Below, piece after piece: positions 13,540 to 23,972 of a DNA stretch of 64,000 bases. A program made the translations under genes and the position numbers. Each line of letters starts with the position of its first letter. Positions within the stretch are counted from its first letter, which is position 1. The notes below the pieces were generated by a model. That model did not search any database. It was not told where the DNA came from and saw only the letters and a list, made by a program, of their open reading frames with translations. The DNA lies in NCBI RefSeq assembly GCF_046119375.1, contig NW_027362762.1, positions 354,516,001 through 354,580,000 on the forward strand, written 5' to 3'. Origin of the DNA: Phyllobates terribilis. Lineage: Eukaryota.

Positions 13540-13960
13540 AGATCAAACTGGCCCACTAAGGAACAGCAGAATACCCAATGGTTCCATGTGCAGGAGTGGG
13601 CCCCGCACCTCCTAATATGCGCTAGGCCCCTATATATAGCAGGTGTGTGACAGGTATCATTACCCCTTGAGAAAGGCAAAGCGCCGAAACGCGCGTTGGG
13701 GACGGCCTCAGCGTGGTGGTCTGGTATATAACGCTCTGGGAAGTATATAATAGGCTTATTTGATCCATGGTGACATATGTCCAAATATGAGCTATACTCA
13801 TATCCAATTTTTGGCATTTATTCCCAATATGTATGTAGAGTGCAATAATTGAAATACTATGTGCCACCATACTTGATGGCCGTTGAGTGTTTTTATAATA
13901 TGTATCCTTTTTGTATCATGTCCTGTTTATACGATGCATGTGTAATAAAGCATTTTTAAA
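13540..13960 (+). mobile_element. Probable solo Penelope-like terminal repeat / retrozyme-like remnant around the hammerhead
   Basis: TATATATA box-like motif (13631), hammerhead motif and downstream AATAAA (13945); this layout is typical of PLE terminal repeats. Boundaries approximate. Confidence 0.45.
13663..13701 (+). ncRNA. Minimal type I hammerhead ribozyme motif (U3-A8 core variant)
   Basis: CCCC-TTGAGAA-A-GGC-AAAGC-GCC-GAAAC-GCGC-GT-T-GGGG: stem I CCCC/GGGG, stem II GGC/GCC, GAAAC core, palindromic stem III ACGCGCGT, GUU cleavage triplet. Confidence 0.75.
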
Positions 13961-14932
13961 GTGACAACATCACCATCTTTGTCGTCCATTTTGGCTTTGG
14001 CCACTCCCCCACATATCATATGCATGACGACTGGTGTATTATCAGTGCTCTCTTTTGAGCAGCAACATTGTTTATCAATGTACTATGCTTTGCTGCTGTG
14101 GTGTTCTTTCAGCCATATTTTTATTCTCCTAATATGTGCAGTAGTTAGCACAATACACTTGATTCACTGTGAACAGACAAAAGCAGCATCACATCAATCA
14201 ATTAACAAACTACCCAGTTTCCTATTGCAAAGAAAAATAGATACATTTGTAAATGAGGGTAGTGTAATATTAGCATGCAAATGAACTGTGGACCCCCAGC
14301 GTCAATATCACTGGTAGAACTGTGACAGGCTAGTCCTACACTGTGTATGTACAACTGGATGAGCATTCCTTTCAAACCCTTAGGGATTGTTTTTTTCATT
14401 TGTGTGCTTTTGTTTGTTTTCTCCTCCCTTTCTTCCAAGAGCTATAACTTTAATATTTTATCCATCAGCACAGCCATACAAAGGACTGATTTTTGCTCGA
14501 TAATTTGTACTATTCATTTTTCCATACAATGTACTGAAAAACATAAATTCCAGTTTGGACAAAATGGTGGAACAAAATGCAATCCTACCATTGTATTTTT
14601 GGGTTTTGTTTTTACGCATTCATTATATGGTAAAAATTACCAGGTAATATGATTCTTTAGGTTAGCATGAATAAGACAACACCAAACTTTTATGGTTTCT
14701 TTATTATATTACTTGCTAATAAAAAAAAATCCAGAACTTTGAAAAACAAAGCACAGTTACGTCCATTTGTGCAAAGGGGTAAATTATACCTAGACAGACT
14801 TGCAATGTAATAATGCTGGATGAAAATCTCTATTAATGTTGTACAAACAAAATATATTAAACTCAATAATTTATAATTAGTGGTGTATATGAAGTTAAAT
14901 AAAACTTGTTTGTGTTCTCCTTTGCAACTTAC

Positions 14933-15117
14933 ACATCCAGCCGCGTGTTGTTCATAAGGTATTCCAGTGGATAACTGCAGGAATACAAATACTTCAGTTC
15001 TGGACTCCGGGTGATGACTCCCACAGTTGGATCTTTTGACTTTATTATGCCACTGATATTAACAGTTTGTATTGAGGAAAAGGTACTGAAAATGCCGTCA
15101 CCATTTACATCAGTTAT
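14933..15117 (-). CDS. ZPLD1-like gene, coding exon of 185 bp
   Basis: ttttcattttcctag|ATA...GAT GT|gtaagt; translates ITDVNGDGIFSTFSSIQTVNISGIIKSKDPTVGVITRSPELKYLYSCSYPLEYLMNNTRLD; SCSYPLEYL.NNT is characteristic of ZPLD1-family ZP-N domains. Confidence 0.95.
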
Positions 15118-15241
15118 CTAGGAAAATGAAAAAAATGTAATTGCTTGGTAATATGTATATCTAATGTATAATTTCAAATATACTACTGGATAGCAAGCCA
15201 ATGATTTTCTAAAACACTTCTGTGCCAAAGACAGAAACATG

Positions 15242-15243
<2 letters not shown>

Positions 15244-15272
<29 letters not shown>

Positions 15273-15426
15273 TATTTATTTATTGTTATAGCGCCATTTA
15301 TTCCATGGCGCTTTACATGTGAAAAGGGGTATTCATAGCAAAAACAAGTACAATAATATTGAACACAATGTGACAGCGACTGGTACAGAAGGAGCGAGGA
15401 CCCTGCCCGCGAGGGCTCACAATCTA
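15244..15426 (-). mobile_element. L2-type LINE 3' end with (TTA)n tail
   Basis: Minus strand TAGATTGTGAGCCCTCGCGGGCAGGGTCC ... TGTAAAGCGCCATGGAATAAATGGCGCTATAACAATAAATAAATAATAATAA, the typical L2 3' terminus. Confidence 0.75.
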
Positions 15427-15467
15427 TGCATGTACTGTATGTGTGTGTATATGTATATGTATATATA

Positions 15468-16833
15468 CAGGGTGGTCCAAAAGTAGGTGGCCAGAAAATA
15501 ATAACATTTATTTTGATTTATATATAAAATTATATTTACTAACACAAGTATAACATTGACAATTAAATTTTATTCTGAACAATAATGCAAAAGCCCTTAA
15601 ATTTTATCAACGCAGGTGCTCAAACTGTTTTCCATTACAATTTGCACAGCTTTGAAGTCTGCTTCTTACGCTTCGACAAACTTTGGGTATTAATTTCTTG
15701 AAATGCGTCTCTTATGTAATTTTTCAAATCACTGACACTTTTTGGTTTTCGACTATAAACTTTGTCCTTGAGTACTCCCCAAAAGAAAAAATCCATTGGG
15801 GACAAGTCTGGTGAACGTGCCAGCCAATTAAGTGGGCCTCTTTGGCCAATCCATTTATTAGGAAATGTTTCATCAAGATACTCGCGGACTACTCTTGAAT
15901 AATGTGGAGGGGCCCCATCTTGTTGGAAATAAAGGTCATTTGAATTAGGCTGTTGCTGTAACTGGGGAACAACTTGATTCATTAGCATTTCGAGATACTT
16001 ATCTCCTGTGACTGTTCCATCAAAAAATACTGGTCCTAAAACACCAAAACTTGAAATACCACTCCAAACATTGACATCAGGCTGATTTAGTTGTTGCTCT
16101 AATGTTAAATGCATGTTCTCATTATACCAGTAAATACAATTATCTCTGTTAATATGGCCGGATAATTTGAAAGAAGCTTCATCACTCCACATAATGTTAT
16201 TTAAAATTACTGGATTTTCTTCAATTTTGTTAAGCATAAGCTCACTTAATTGCAGCTGCCTGTCTGGATCATCCTCCAATAAACCATGAATTAGACGTGG
16301 ACGATAATCTTTAAACCCAATAGATTTCAGGATTCGCATGATAGAAGCTTGTGAAATTTCCAATTCCAAAGAGACTCTTCTGGTGGACTTTTTTGGACTC
16401 TGAAAAAATGTTTCAGCAACAAGTTGTTTATTATCTTCTGTACAGACTGTTTTGGGTCGACCAGTTTTTGGAGCATTAAGGATTGAGCCAGTGGTATTGA
16501 ATTTGTCACGAATGCGGTAAATGGTTTGTCTCTTTGGGGCTTGAGTACCAAATGTTTCAACCCAATTTGCTCTAACGGTTTCAGCATTTTGAGATTTTCA
16601 ATACTCTGTTAAAATCCATTTTCTTTGATCTGTATTTAAATTATTTGCCATTATGTGTTATCTGAATTATCTGAAAAGAAAACAGATTTGGGGGAGATCT
16701 ATCTGTGAAAACTAGATCTGTGAAACTGGCTCAGTTGCCCTTAGCAATCAATCAGATTCCACCTTTCCACCATGTTTGATATATCTCCCCCTTCATAACC
16801 TTATTTCTGTTCACCTACTTTTGGACCACCATG
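15468..16833 (-). mobile_element. Tc1/mariner-superfamily element of DD41D (rosa/Visitor) type, decayed
   Basis: TA|CAGGGTGGTCCAAAAGTAGGTG ... CACCTACTTTTGGACCACCATG|TA (22-bp TIR, 1 mismatch); ORF 15635-16369 with WSDE, FQQDGAPPH, RSPDLSPMD; 41 residues counted between the second and third D. Confidence 0.88.
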
Positions 16834-16834
16834 T

Positions 16835-16837
<3 letters not shown>

Positions 16838-16886
<49 letters not shown>
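16838..16886. repeat. (TA)n microsatellite
   Basis: Directly visible AT dinucleotide run at the end of the DD41D element. Confidence 0.95.
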
Positions 16887-16890
<4 letters not shown>

Positions 16891-17079
16891 GCACTGTAAA
16901 GTGGAGAAATATGTATGCATATATGTATATATTGGTCAAAACGCTCACTTACCTAATAATCGTGCACACAATGTACTGTATATATAAATATATGGTTGGA
17001 GGCTGGATCAGTAATGTGCACAGACCTCCACTTTGACTCAGACGCCAGCAAGGTGGAGCACTGCTTTAGGCTGGTATTA

Positions 17080-17560
17080 TTACAGATAAGATAGTTGGAC
17101 TTTTTTGGGTTGATGATCGACTCAAAATCAACCCCAAACTCTCCTGACAGTTTTTATAAAACACTTTCTTCAACAAATGGTACAGGAAAAGTCTGCATCT
17201 TTCAAAAATACCATGATTTTTATTCAGTAAAATGCTCCATGGCATACATCAAAGTAGTGCAGTCCTTGGCTAGCCAGTAAAGGCCTTAAAGATGAAAGAT
17301 TAATTACATGGCCCCTTCCTCACCTGACTTAAACCCTATTGAGAACTCCTGGGTACTTCATTAAATTGGAGATTTAGAGTGAAAGAAAACAATACACCTA
17401 TCTGAACAGTGTCAAGGAGGCTGTGGTTGGTGCTGTCCAAACAGTTGATCAACAGATTACAAAATTTACAGACTGCATGAATGGAAGTGCTATGACTGTT
17501 ATTGAAAAGATGGTTGGCTATATTGGTAAGTGATATTTTTTTTTTAGAAATGTCAGAAGT
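17080..17560 (+). mobile_element. Highly degraded Tc1-like (TRT-like) transposase C-terminal fragment
   Basis: Near 17280-17350 the sequence resembles GLKDERLITWPPSSPDLNPIEN (with indel decay); no open ORF or clear TIRs. Confidence 0.6.
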
Positions 17561-17635
17561 TTATATTTGCACAGTTTAATTTGTTTGGTTATTATATATA
17601 GTAAGCATAGATTCATATATAATATATATAATATA

Positions 17636-19242
17636 CACACGTGGTCAAAATTGTTGGCAGCCCTCATTTAATGAAAGAAAAACCCACAATGGTAACAGAA
17701 ATGACTTGAATCTGACAAAAGTAATAAATTAGAAATCTATGAAAATGAACAAATGAAAGTCAGACATTGCTTTTTAACACTGCTTCCACAGAATTTAAAA
17801 AAAAAATAAACTCATGAAATAAGCCTGGACCGAAATGATGGTACCCCTGAAAATAATGTGACAAAAGGGACATGTTAAATCAAGTTGTGTCCACTAAATA
17901 GCATCACAGGTGTCTACAATCTTGTAATCAGTCAGTGGGCCTGTATATAGGGCTACAGATACTCACTGTGCTGTTTGGTGGCATGGTGTATACCACACTC
18001 AACATTGACCAGAGGAAGCAAAGGAAAGAGGTGTCTCAGGAGATAAGAAAGAAAATTATAGACAAGCATGTTAAAGGTAAAGGTTATAAGACCATCTGCA
18101 AGCAGCTTGATGTTCCTGTGACTAGAGTTGCACATATTATTCAGAAATTTAAGATCCATTGGACTGTAGCCAACCTCCCTGGACGTAGCCGCAAGAGGAA
18201 AATTGATGACAAATCAAAGAGACGGATAATATGAATGGTAACAAAAGAGCCCAGGAAAACTTCTAAAGAGATTAAAGGTGAACTTCAAGCTCAAGGAACA
18301 TCAGTGTCAGATAGCACCATCCGTCATTGCCTGATCCAAAGTGGACTTCGTGGGAGACGACCATTGTTGAAAAAAAATCATAAAAAAGCCAGACTGGAAT
18401 TTGCCAAACTACATGTTGACAAGCCACAAAGCTTCTGGGAGAATGTACTATGGACAGATGAGACAAAAATGGAAGTTTTTGGCTAGGCACATTAGCTCTA
18501 TGTTCACAGAGGGAAAAATGAAGCATATCAAAAAAAGAACACGGTCCCTACTGTGAAACAAGGAGAAGTCTCTTATGTTCTGGGGCTGCTTTGCTGCATC
18601 TGGCACAGGTTGTCTTGAATATGTGTAGGGTACAATGAAATCTCAAGACTTTCAAGGGATTCTAGAGAGAAATGTGGTGCCCAGTGTCAGAAAGCTTGGT
18701 CTCAGTCACAGGTCATGGGTCTTGCAACAGGACAGTGACCCAAAACACACAGCTAGAAACACCCAAGAATGGCTAAGACTAAAACATTGGACTATTCTGA
18801 AGTGGCCTTCTATGAGCCCTGACCTAAATCTTATTGAGCACCTTTGGAAAGAGCTGAAACATGCTGTCTGGAAAGGCAACCTTCAAGCACGAGACAACAG
18901 GAGCAGTTTGCTCATGAGGAGTGGGCCAAAACACCTGTCGAGAGGTGCAGAAGTCTCATTGACAGTTACAGGAATTGTTTGATTGCAGTGATTGCCTCAA
19001 AAGGTTGTTCAACAAAATATTAAGTTAAGGGTACCATCATTTCTGTCCAGGCTTATTTCATGAGTTAAATTTTCTTTTAAATTCTATCGAAGCAGGGTTG
19101 AAAAGCAATGTCTGACTTTCATTTGTTCATTTTCATAGATTTTTAATTTATTATTACTTTTGTCAGATTCAAGTTATTTCTGTGACCATTGTGGGTATTT
19201 CTTTCATTAAAAGAGGGGCACCAACAATTTTGACCACATCTG
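17636..19242 (+). mobile_element. Full-length decayed Tc1 element (DD34E)
   Basis: TA|CACACGTGGTCAAAATTGTTGG ... CCAACAATTTTGACCACATCTG|TA with about 200-bp TIRs; ORF pieces 17935-18234, 18235-18486, 18635-18982 (WTDE, QQDSDPKH, SPDLNLIE; 34-residue spacing). Confidence 0.92.
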
Positions 19243-19245
19243 TAT

Positions 19246-19247
<2 letters not shown>

Positions 19248-19284
<37 letters not shown>
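19248..19284. repeat. (TA)n microsatellite between two Tc1 elements
   Basis: Directly visible; supplies the TA target of the element starting at 19285. Confidence 0.95.
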
Positions 19285-19287
<3 letters not shown>

Positions 19288-20257
19288 TACAGACCAAAGG
19301 TTTGGACACACCTTCTCATTTAAAGATTTTTCTATATTTTCATGACTATGAGAATTGTACATTCACAATGAAGGCATCAAAACTATGAATTAACACATGT
19401 GGAATTATATACTTAACAAAAAAGTGTGAAACAACTGAAAATATGTCTTATATTCTAGGTTCTTCAAAGTAGCCACCTTTTGCTTTGATGACTGCTTTGC
19501 TCACTCTTGGCATTCTCTTGATGAGCTTCAAGAGGTAGTCACCGGAAATGGTTTTCACTTCACAGGTGTGCCCTGTCAGGTTTAATAAGTGGGATTTCTT
19601 GCCTTATGAATGGGGTTGGGACCATCAGTTGTGTTGTGCAGAAGTCTGGTGGATACACAGCTGATAGTCCTACTGAATAGACTATTAGAATTTGTATTAT
19701 GGCAAGAAAAAAGCAGCTAAGTAAAGAAAAACGAGTGGCCATCAATACTAGAGTTTAGCCACCCCGTAGTGTTCGAGTTCTGTTCGGTTCGTCGAACACC
19801 CTTATGTTCGCCGAACTGTTCGTCGAGCTGTTCGTCGAACACAGTCGAACACCATTAAAACCAATGGCAGGCAAACAAAAACACATAGAAACACATAGAA
19901 AACACCTTCAAAGGTGTCCAAAACCTGACAAACTGCTCAGAAGACACAACTAACACATGGAAAAGTGACAAGTACATATAGTCATGCGAAAAGAAAAGAG
20001 GTGGAGGAGTAAAAGGAGGGGGAGACACAGATATAGGCATGTCATGCCCTTCTAAAACCAAAAAAGAAAAAAGTGCGAAGCTGACACGGCCAGTCCGTTC
20101 CTGCCCGTGTGACCACCATGTCGCCGGGTTTGTGCCAGAGCTGTGGTGGACCCTGATGGCCAGCCCCCCTCTCCCAATACTGGTGCCTGTCCACTGGTGG
20201 GTCGAGCAAGCCCCCCTGCGGTGGAGGCAGGTCTAAGATTTTTAATTTAAATTGTCT

Positions 20258-20535
20258 CTGTAATTTGAAAGAGTACACTTTAAATCCTTTTACAAGGATC
20301 TATTGGAGGGCAAGTCTGATTCCATCAGCCGCGGGAATTCCAGCTCCAGTAGCGTCCACTAAAGCTGCTGCAGTTAAAAAGCTTTTATAAGGATCGAGCT
20401 TGGCGGTCCTCCGCAAGGCGTCCTACCGCCAGTCCCAGCCCCTGTGCCTTGGGGTGCCTCCCCGATGCTCTTTATTGAGTGTCCCGGGGGCCCGAAGCAT
20501 TTCCTTTGGAAAAATGAAGGGTCCAAACTACAGGT
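20258..20535 (+). pseudogene. Degenerate 18S rRNA fragment captured in hAT-A
   Basis: CACTTTAAATCCTTT..AGGATC.ATTGGAGGGCAAGTCTG..CAGCCGCGG.AATTCCAGCTCCA.TAGCGT...TAAAG.TGCTGCAGTTAAAAAGCT follows the conserved vertebrate 18S sequence around the 530-loop equivalent and continues into V4/ES6. Confidence 0.92.
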
Positions 20536-20734
20536 GGTGTAGCTTGCTTAACAGGTGGGATAATCGGCTGAGGAGCAAACACTGCTACTAGGTCCAAAGT
20601 ATTTCCTGGGCTAGATGCAGTTAAAAATTTGTAATTAGATCTACAGGCGGTGGCTGCTCCGCTGACTAGCAGACACTACTACAAGGTCCAAAGTATTGCC
20701 TGGGCTAGATGCAGTTAAAAATTTGTAATTAGAT

Positions 20735-21480
20735 ACTCTCCTTGGATGCTGAGAAAGCATTCCATAGAGTCTCCTGGCATGCCATATATTACTCTCTTAA
20801 AAAGCTTGGGGTAGGGGTCTAGGGGACCCCTTTATAGCCAAAATAATGGCCCTGTATCGCAATCCGTCAGGTAGGCTGAAGATAAATGGAATATTTTCAT
20901 CTCCTTTCATAATCACCAATGGGACAAGGCAGTGATGTCCTCTGTCCCCTCTCTTATACATCCTAGTGATGGAGCACCTGCTCTCATCCATTCGCGATAA
21001 CCCCAATATTAGGTGGATTGAGGTGGGAGGCACCGAGTACAAGTGCTCTGCATTTGCTGATGATGTCCTAGTATATATCACTCAATCACAAATATCCATC
21101 CCTGCTGTTATGCCTGAAATAGATCACTTTGTTACATGGTCAAATTTTAAAATCAATGCAGCGAAGTCTGAGGCCCTTGGTGTCTCCCTCCCCCAATCCA
21201 TACAGGATTCCATCCAGTCCAACTTTCCCTTTGCCTGGCCCTCACAGGGTATCAAATACTTAGGAATTCGTATTCATAGAGACCTCTCCCGTCTATTTTA
21301 TCTTAATTTTGGGCCCTTTATTGAACAACTCCATAAAGATCTTACTTCTTGGACGGTGAAGGATTTTTCCTGATTCGGCAGAATAAGTATACTAAAAATG
21401 AAAATCCAACCTAAACTCTTATACCTCTTCCAAACCATTCCCGTGGTAATTCCCTCAAATTTTTGGAAAAGACTACGCAG
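20735..21480 (+). pseudogene. L1-clade LINE ORF2 reverse-transcriptase fragment inside hAT-A
   Basis: LDAEKAFHRVSW, GTRQ.CPLSPLL, ORF 20966-21373 with FADDVLVY and IKYLGI, followed by R-ISILKMKIQPKLLYLFQTIP. Confidence 0.9.
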
Positions 21481-21486
21481 TAGCTT

Positions 21487-21738
21487 TTAGTCTCCCCAGG
21501 ATGACACAGGTGGGGCAGATGGTGGTTGTCCCGGCCCGCTAGGCCGCATTGTAGCACAGTGAGCTTCGCACTGCAACTTATGCTTCATATCCATGTGACG
21601 GTTCATGCATGAAGTACTCAAACTATGTATTTTTTGGCCTCTACTTAGCTTTTGGTGACAAATGTTACAGATAACACGAGTTGGGTCATCCTTAGCGATC
21701 TGAAAAAATGCACAGGCTATGCAAGGTTTAGAGCCCAT
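21487..21738 (-). pseudogene. Internally deleted hAT transposase relic: BED finger joined in frame to the C-terminal PVSSWG
   Basis: 83-aa ORF MGSKPCIACAFF...CNIC...HMDMKH...PPSAP|PVSSWGD; both parts match the family transposase. Confidence 0.75.
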
Positions 21739-21911
21739 GCGACTCTGCTACTAGCAATACTATCAAATGATTGGCTGGGTTAGATGCAGAGCGTCTGGGT
21801 TTGGTTGGGGGTCCCCACAGTCTGCCTAGACTAGATGCAGTTAAAAATTCGCATTAGATACACAGGCGGTGCAGCTAGCTTCGCAGCTGGGCTAATACGC
21901 CCAAAGTATTG

Positions 21912-22110
21912 GTAGACTCTATACTAAATAAGGAAGGATTCACTGACTGTGGTGGCCCCTCCATGGGCCGTGGCGATTGGTGGAGATTTGGTGGATGATT
22001 ATAGGAGAAAGCTCCTTAATAGAGAAAGTTGGTGGATTTATACTTTAAATACACGTGTACCAGCGGGTTTAAACGTCAGCCATGATTTGATGTATCATTA
22101 TGAGTGATCA
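21912..22110 (+). pseudogene. C-terminal fragment of a Penelope-like GIY-YIG endonuclease ORF
   Basis: Translates ...RRKLLNRESWWIYTLNTRVPAGLNVSHDLMYHYE*, parallel to the PLE C-terminus at 61760-61867 (LLLMESRGIFTLCSVAPLGLNKEL). Confidence 0.7.
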
Positions 22111-22294
22111 TTTATAGATTATTGTTATATATATATGTTCATTTTTTCTTCTTTTCTTTTTCTTTTTGATTATTTACATTTATATGCATTGCTTCTATGC
22201 TATATGATTTTAACATGGTATGTGTGTTTACATTTCTGATTAACTCAGCCTTGAACAGGTGCATAGCAGGACATGACATATAAATACCACTTCC

Positions 22295-23136
22295 TTGCTG
22301 TTTTTTTGCTATGCAATGATTAAGAACTCGTATATATATTGTGCAGAAAGAAGGGTGAAAGTCCGCCCAGGCGGGAGGAAATTGGAGTTTCATAACACAT
22401 ATTTGAACTGGAGAGGTATTAGAGGCCTGCAATGGCCACAGGTACTAATGGAGGTAATCAAGGTAGGGAGAGAGGCTAGAGGTCCGGTCATCTTAGTTAT
22501 ACAGGCTGGGGGAAACGACATAGCTTATCACAAGAGCGCATAACGAATGGCAATAATGAAACTAGACCCTGAGCGCTTCAGAGAATTTTTCACAAAACTA
22601 ACTATAGTATGGTCAGAGATTGTGCCGAGAGCGGAATGGCAAGATGCGTGAGACATCACGGCCATCGAATGGACATGGCAGGTAATAAATATTCGGATGG
22701 CAATATTTATAAGAGACAGAGGCTGTGTAGTGATACGACACCGACAACTGGAAGGAGATAAAGCAGGCCTCATACGGCCCGACGGTGTTCACTTAATGGA
22801 TATTGGACTGGAAATATTACTGTCAGGACTCCAGGATGGAGTGGAACAAGCGTTAAGAGTGATGGATGGGGGTCGGAGTCCTGCATATAAGTAAGCAGGA
22901 TCCTCCGTTGCCTGGAAATAGAAAGGACATGTTGGAGAGTTACACTTGTTGGCCAACTTGCCGTTGTGGAGACTGGAGACACAGGGCATGTTGCAACAAG
23001 CTGAATTATTTTAGAAATAAAATGCATTTCTAATGGAATGAGTATAAACAGTTAATAAAGCTGTGAACGATCTTCACCCATCCAGTTGTAAGAGTTACAT
23101 GATTGTATTGTCAATGAAAGGGGGCGTTAGGGGGCT
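22295..23136 (+). pseudogene. SGNH-hydrolase ORF fragment and 3' end, probably from a DIRS/Ngaro-type tyrosine-recombinase retrotransposon
   Basis: ORFs 22295-22543 (WRGIRGLQW...LVIQAGGNDI, SGNH block III GxND) and 22697-22894 (PDGVHL, block V DxxH); followed by AATAAAGCTGTG. Confidence 0.65.
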
Positions 23137-23519
23137 GAGCGTCTGGGTTTGGTTAGGGGTCCCCACAGTCTGCCTAGGCTAGATGCAGTTAAAAATCATT
23201 ATTAGATACACAGGCGGTACAGCTTGCTTCGCAGCTGGGTTTCTACGCTGACTAGCAGACACTGAAGCTTTGGAGCAGACCTCTGAGTAAACAGCTCTTC
23301 AGACTCAACCATCTGTGTTACCCCAAGCCATAGTGTGTGTATTTTCTTACGGTTTAAAGGGGGGGGGGACCCAACCCACCTCTAATTGATGATGGCAACG
23401 TCACGTAAAACAAAGCAAGGGGACTCCAAAAAGAGTCTCCATTTTTTCCAAAAATTTGTGGCACAGACACCACTTAAGTGGCATCAATTGCCCCAGAGTT
23501 GCTTAAAACGGTGGGTTAG

Positions 23520-23930
23520 AATGAGTACCACACACTGGTACTATGCTCAAAATTATTTTCCAGACAAGATGCAGCTAAAAATTATTAGTAATTTGCAAGC
23601 TGGTGGAGCTTAGTATAGATGGCATAATAGAGTGAGTACCGCACTCTGCTACAGGCCCAAAATTATTTTCCAGACAAGATGCAGCTAAAAATTACTAGTA
23701 ATTTGCAAGCTGGTGGAGCTTAGTATAGATGGCATAATAGAATGAGTACCGCACACTGCTATTGGCCCAAAATTAATTTCCAGACAAGATGCAGCTAAAA
23801 ATCACTAGTAATTTGCAAGCTTGTGGAGCTTAGTATAGATGGCATAATAGAATGAGTACCGCACACTGCTACAGGCCCAAAATTATTTTCCAGACAAGAT
23901 GCAGCTAAAAATTATTAGTAATTTGAAAGC
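23520..23930. repeat. About 3.5 copies of a 110-bp repeat downstream of the hAT-A transposase, homologous to the satellite monomer
   Basis: CAGACAAGATGCAGCTAAAAAT recurs at 23561, 23671, 23781, 23891; shares AGATGCAG, TTTGCAA.CTG.TGGAG, AGTATAGATGG with the 109-bp monomer. Confidence 0.9.
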
Positions 23931-23972
23931 TTAAAACGGTTGGTGAGGTGATTTTACGAAATCCTCAAGCTT

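Noticed and set aside
13243-14652. Short AT-rich intronic ORFs (60-120 aa)
   Set aside because: No motifs and no compatible splice structure; consistent with random ORFs.
20076-20236. GC-rich segment next to the 18S piece (also 26650-26812) as a reverse-oriented 28S/ITS fragment
   Set aside because: Only patchy resemblance (CCGGCGAC...GCGGACTG) to a 28S expansion segment from memory; needs alignment to the species rDNA before it can be claimed.
20258-20535. Functional rRNA gene
   Set aside because: Only about 280 bp, with many substitutions in universally conserved positions, embedded in a transposon.
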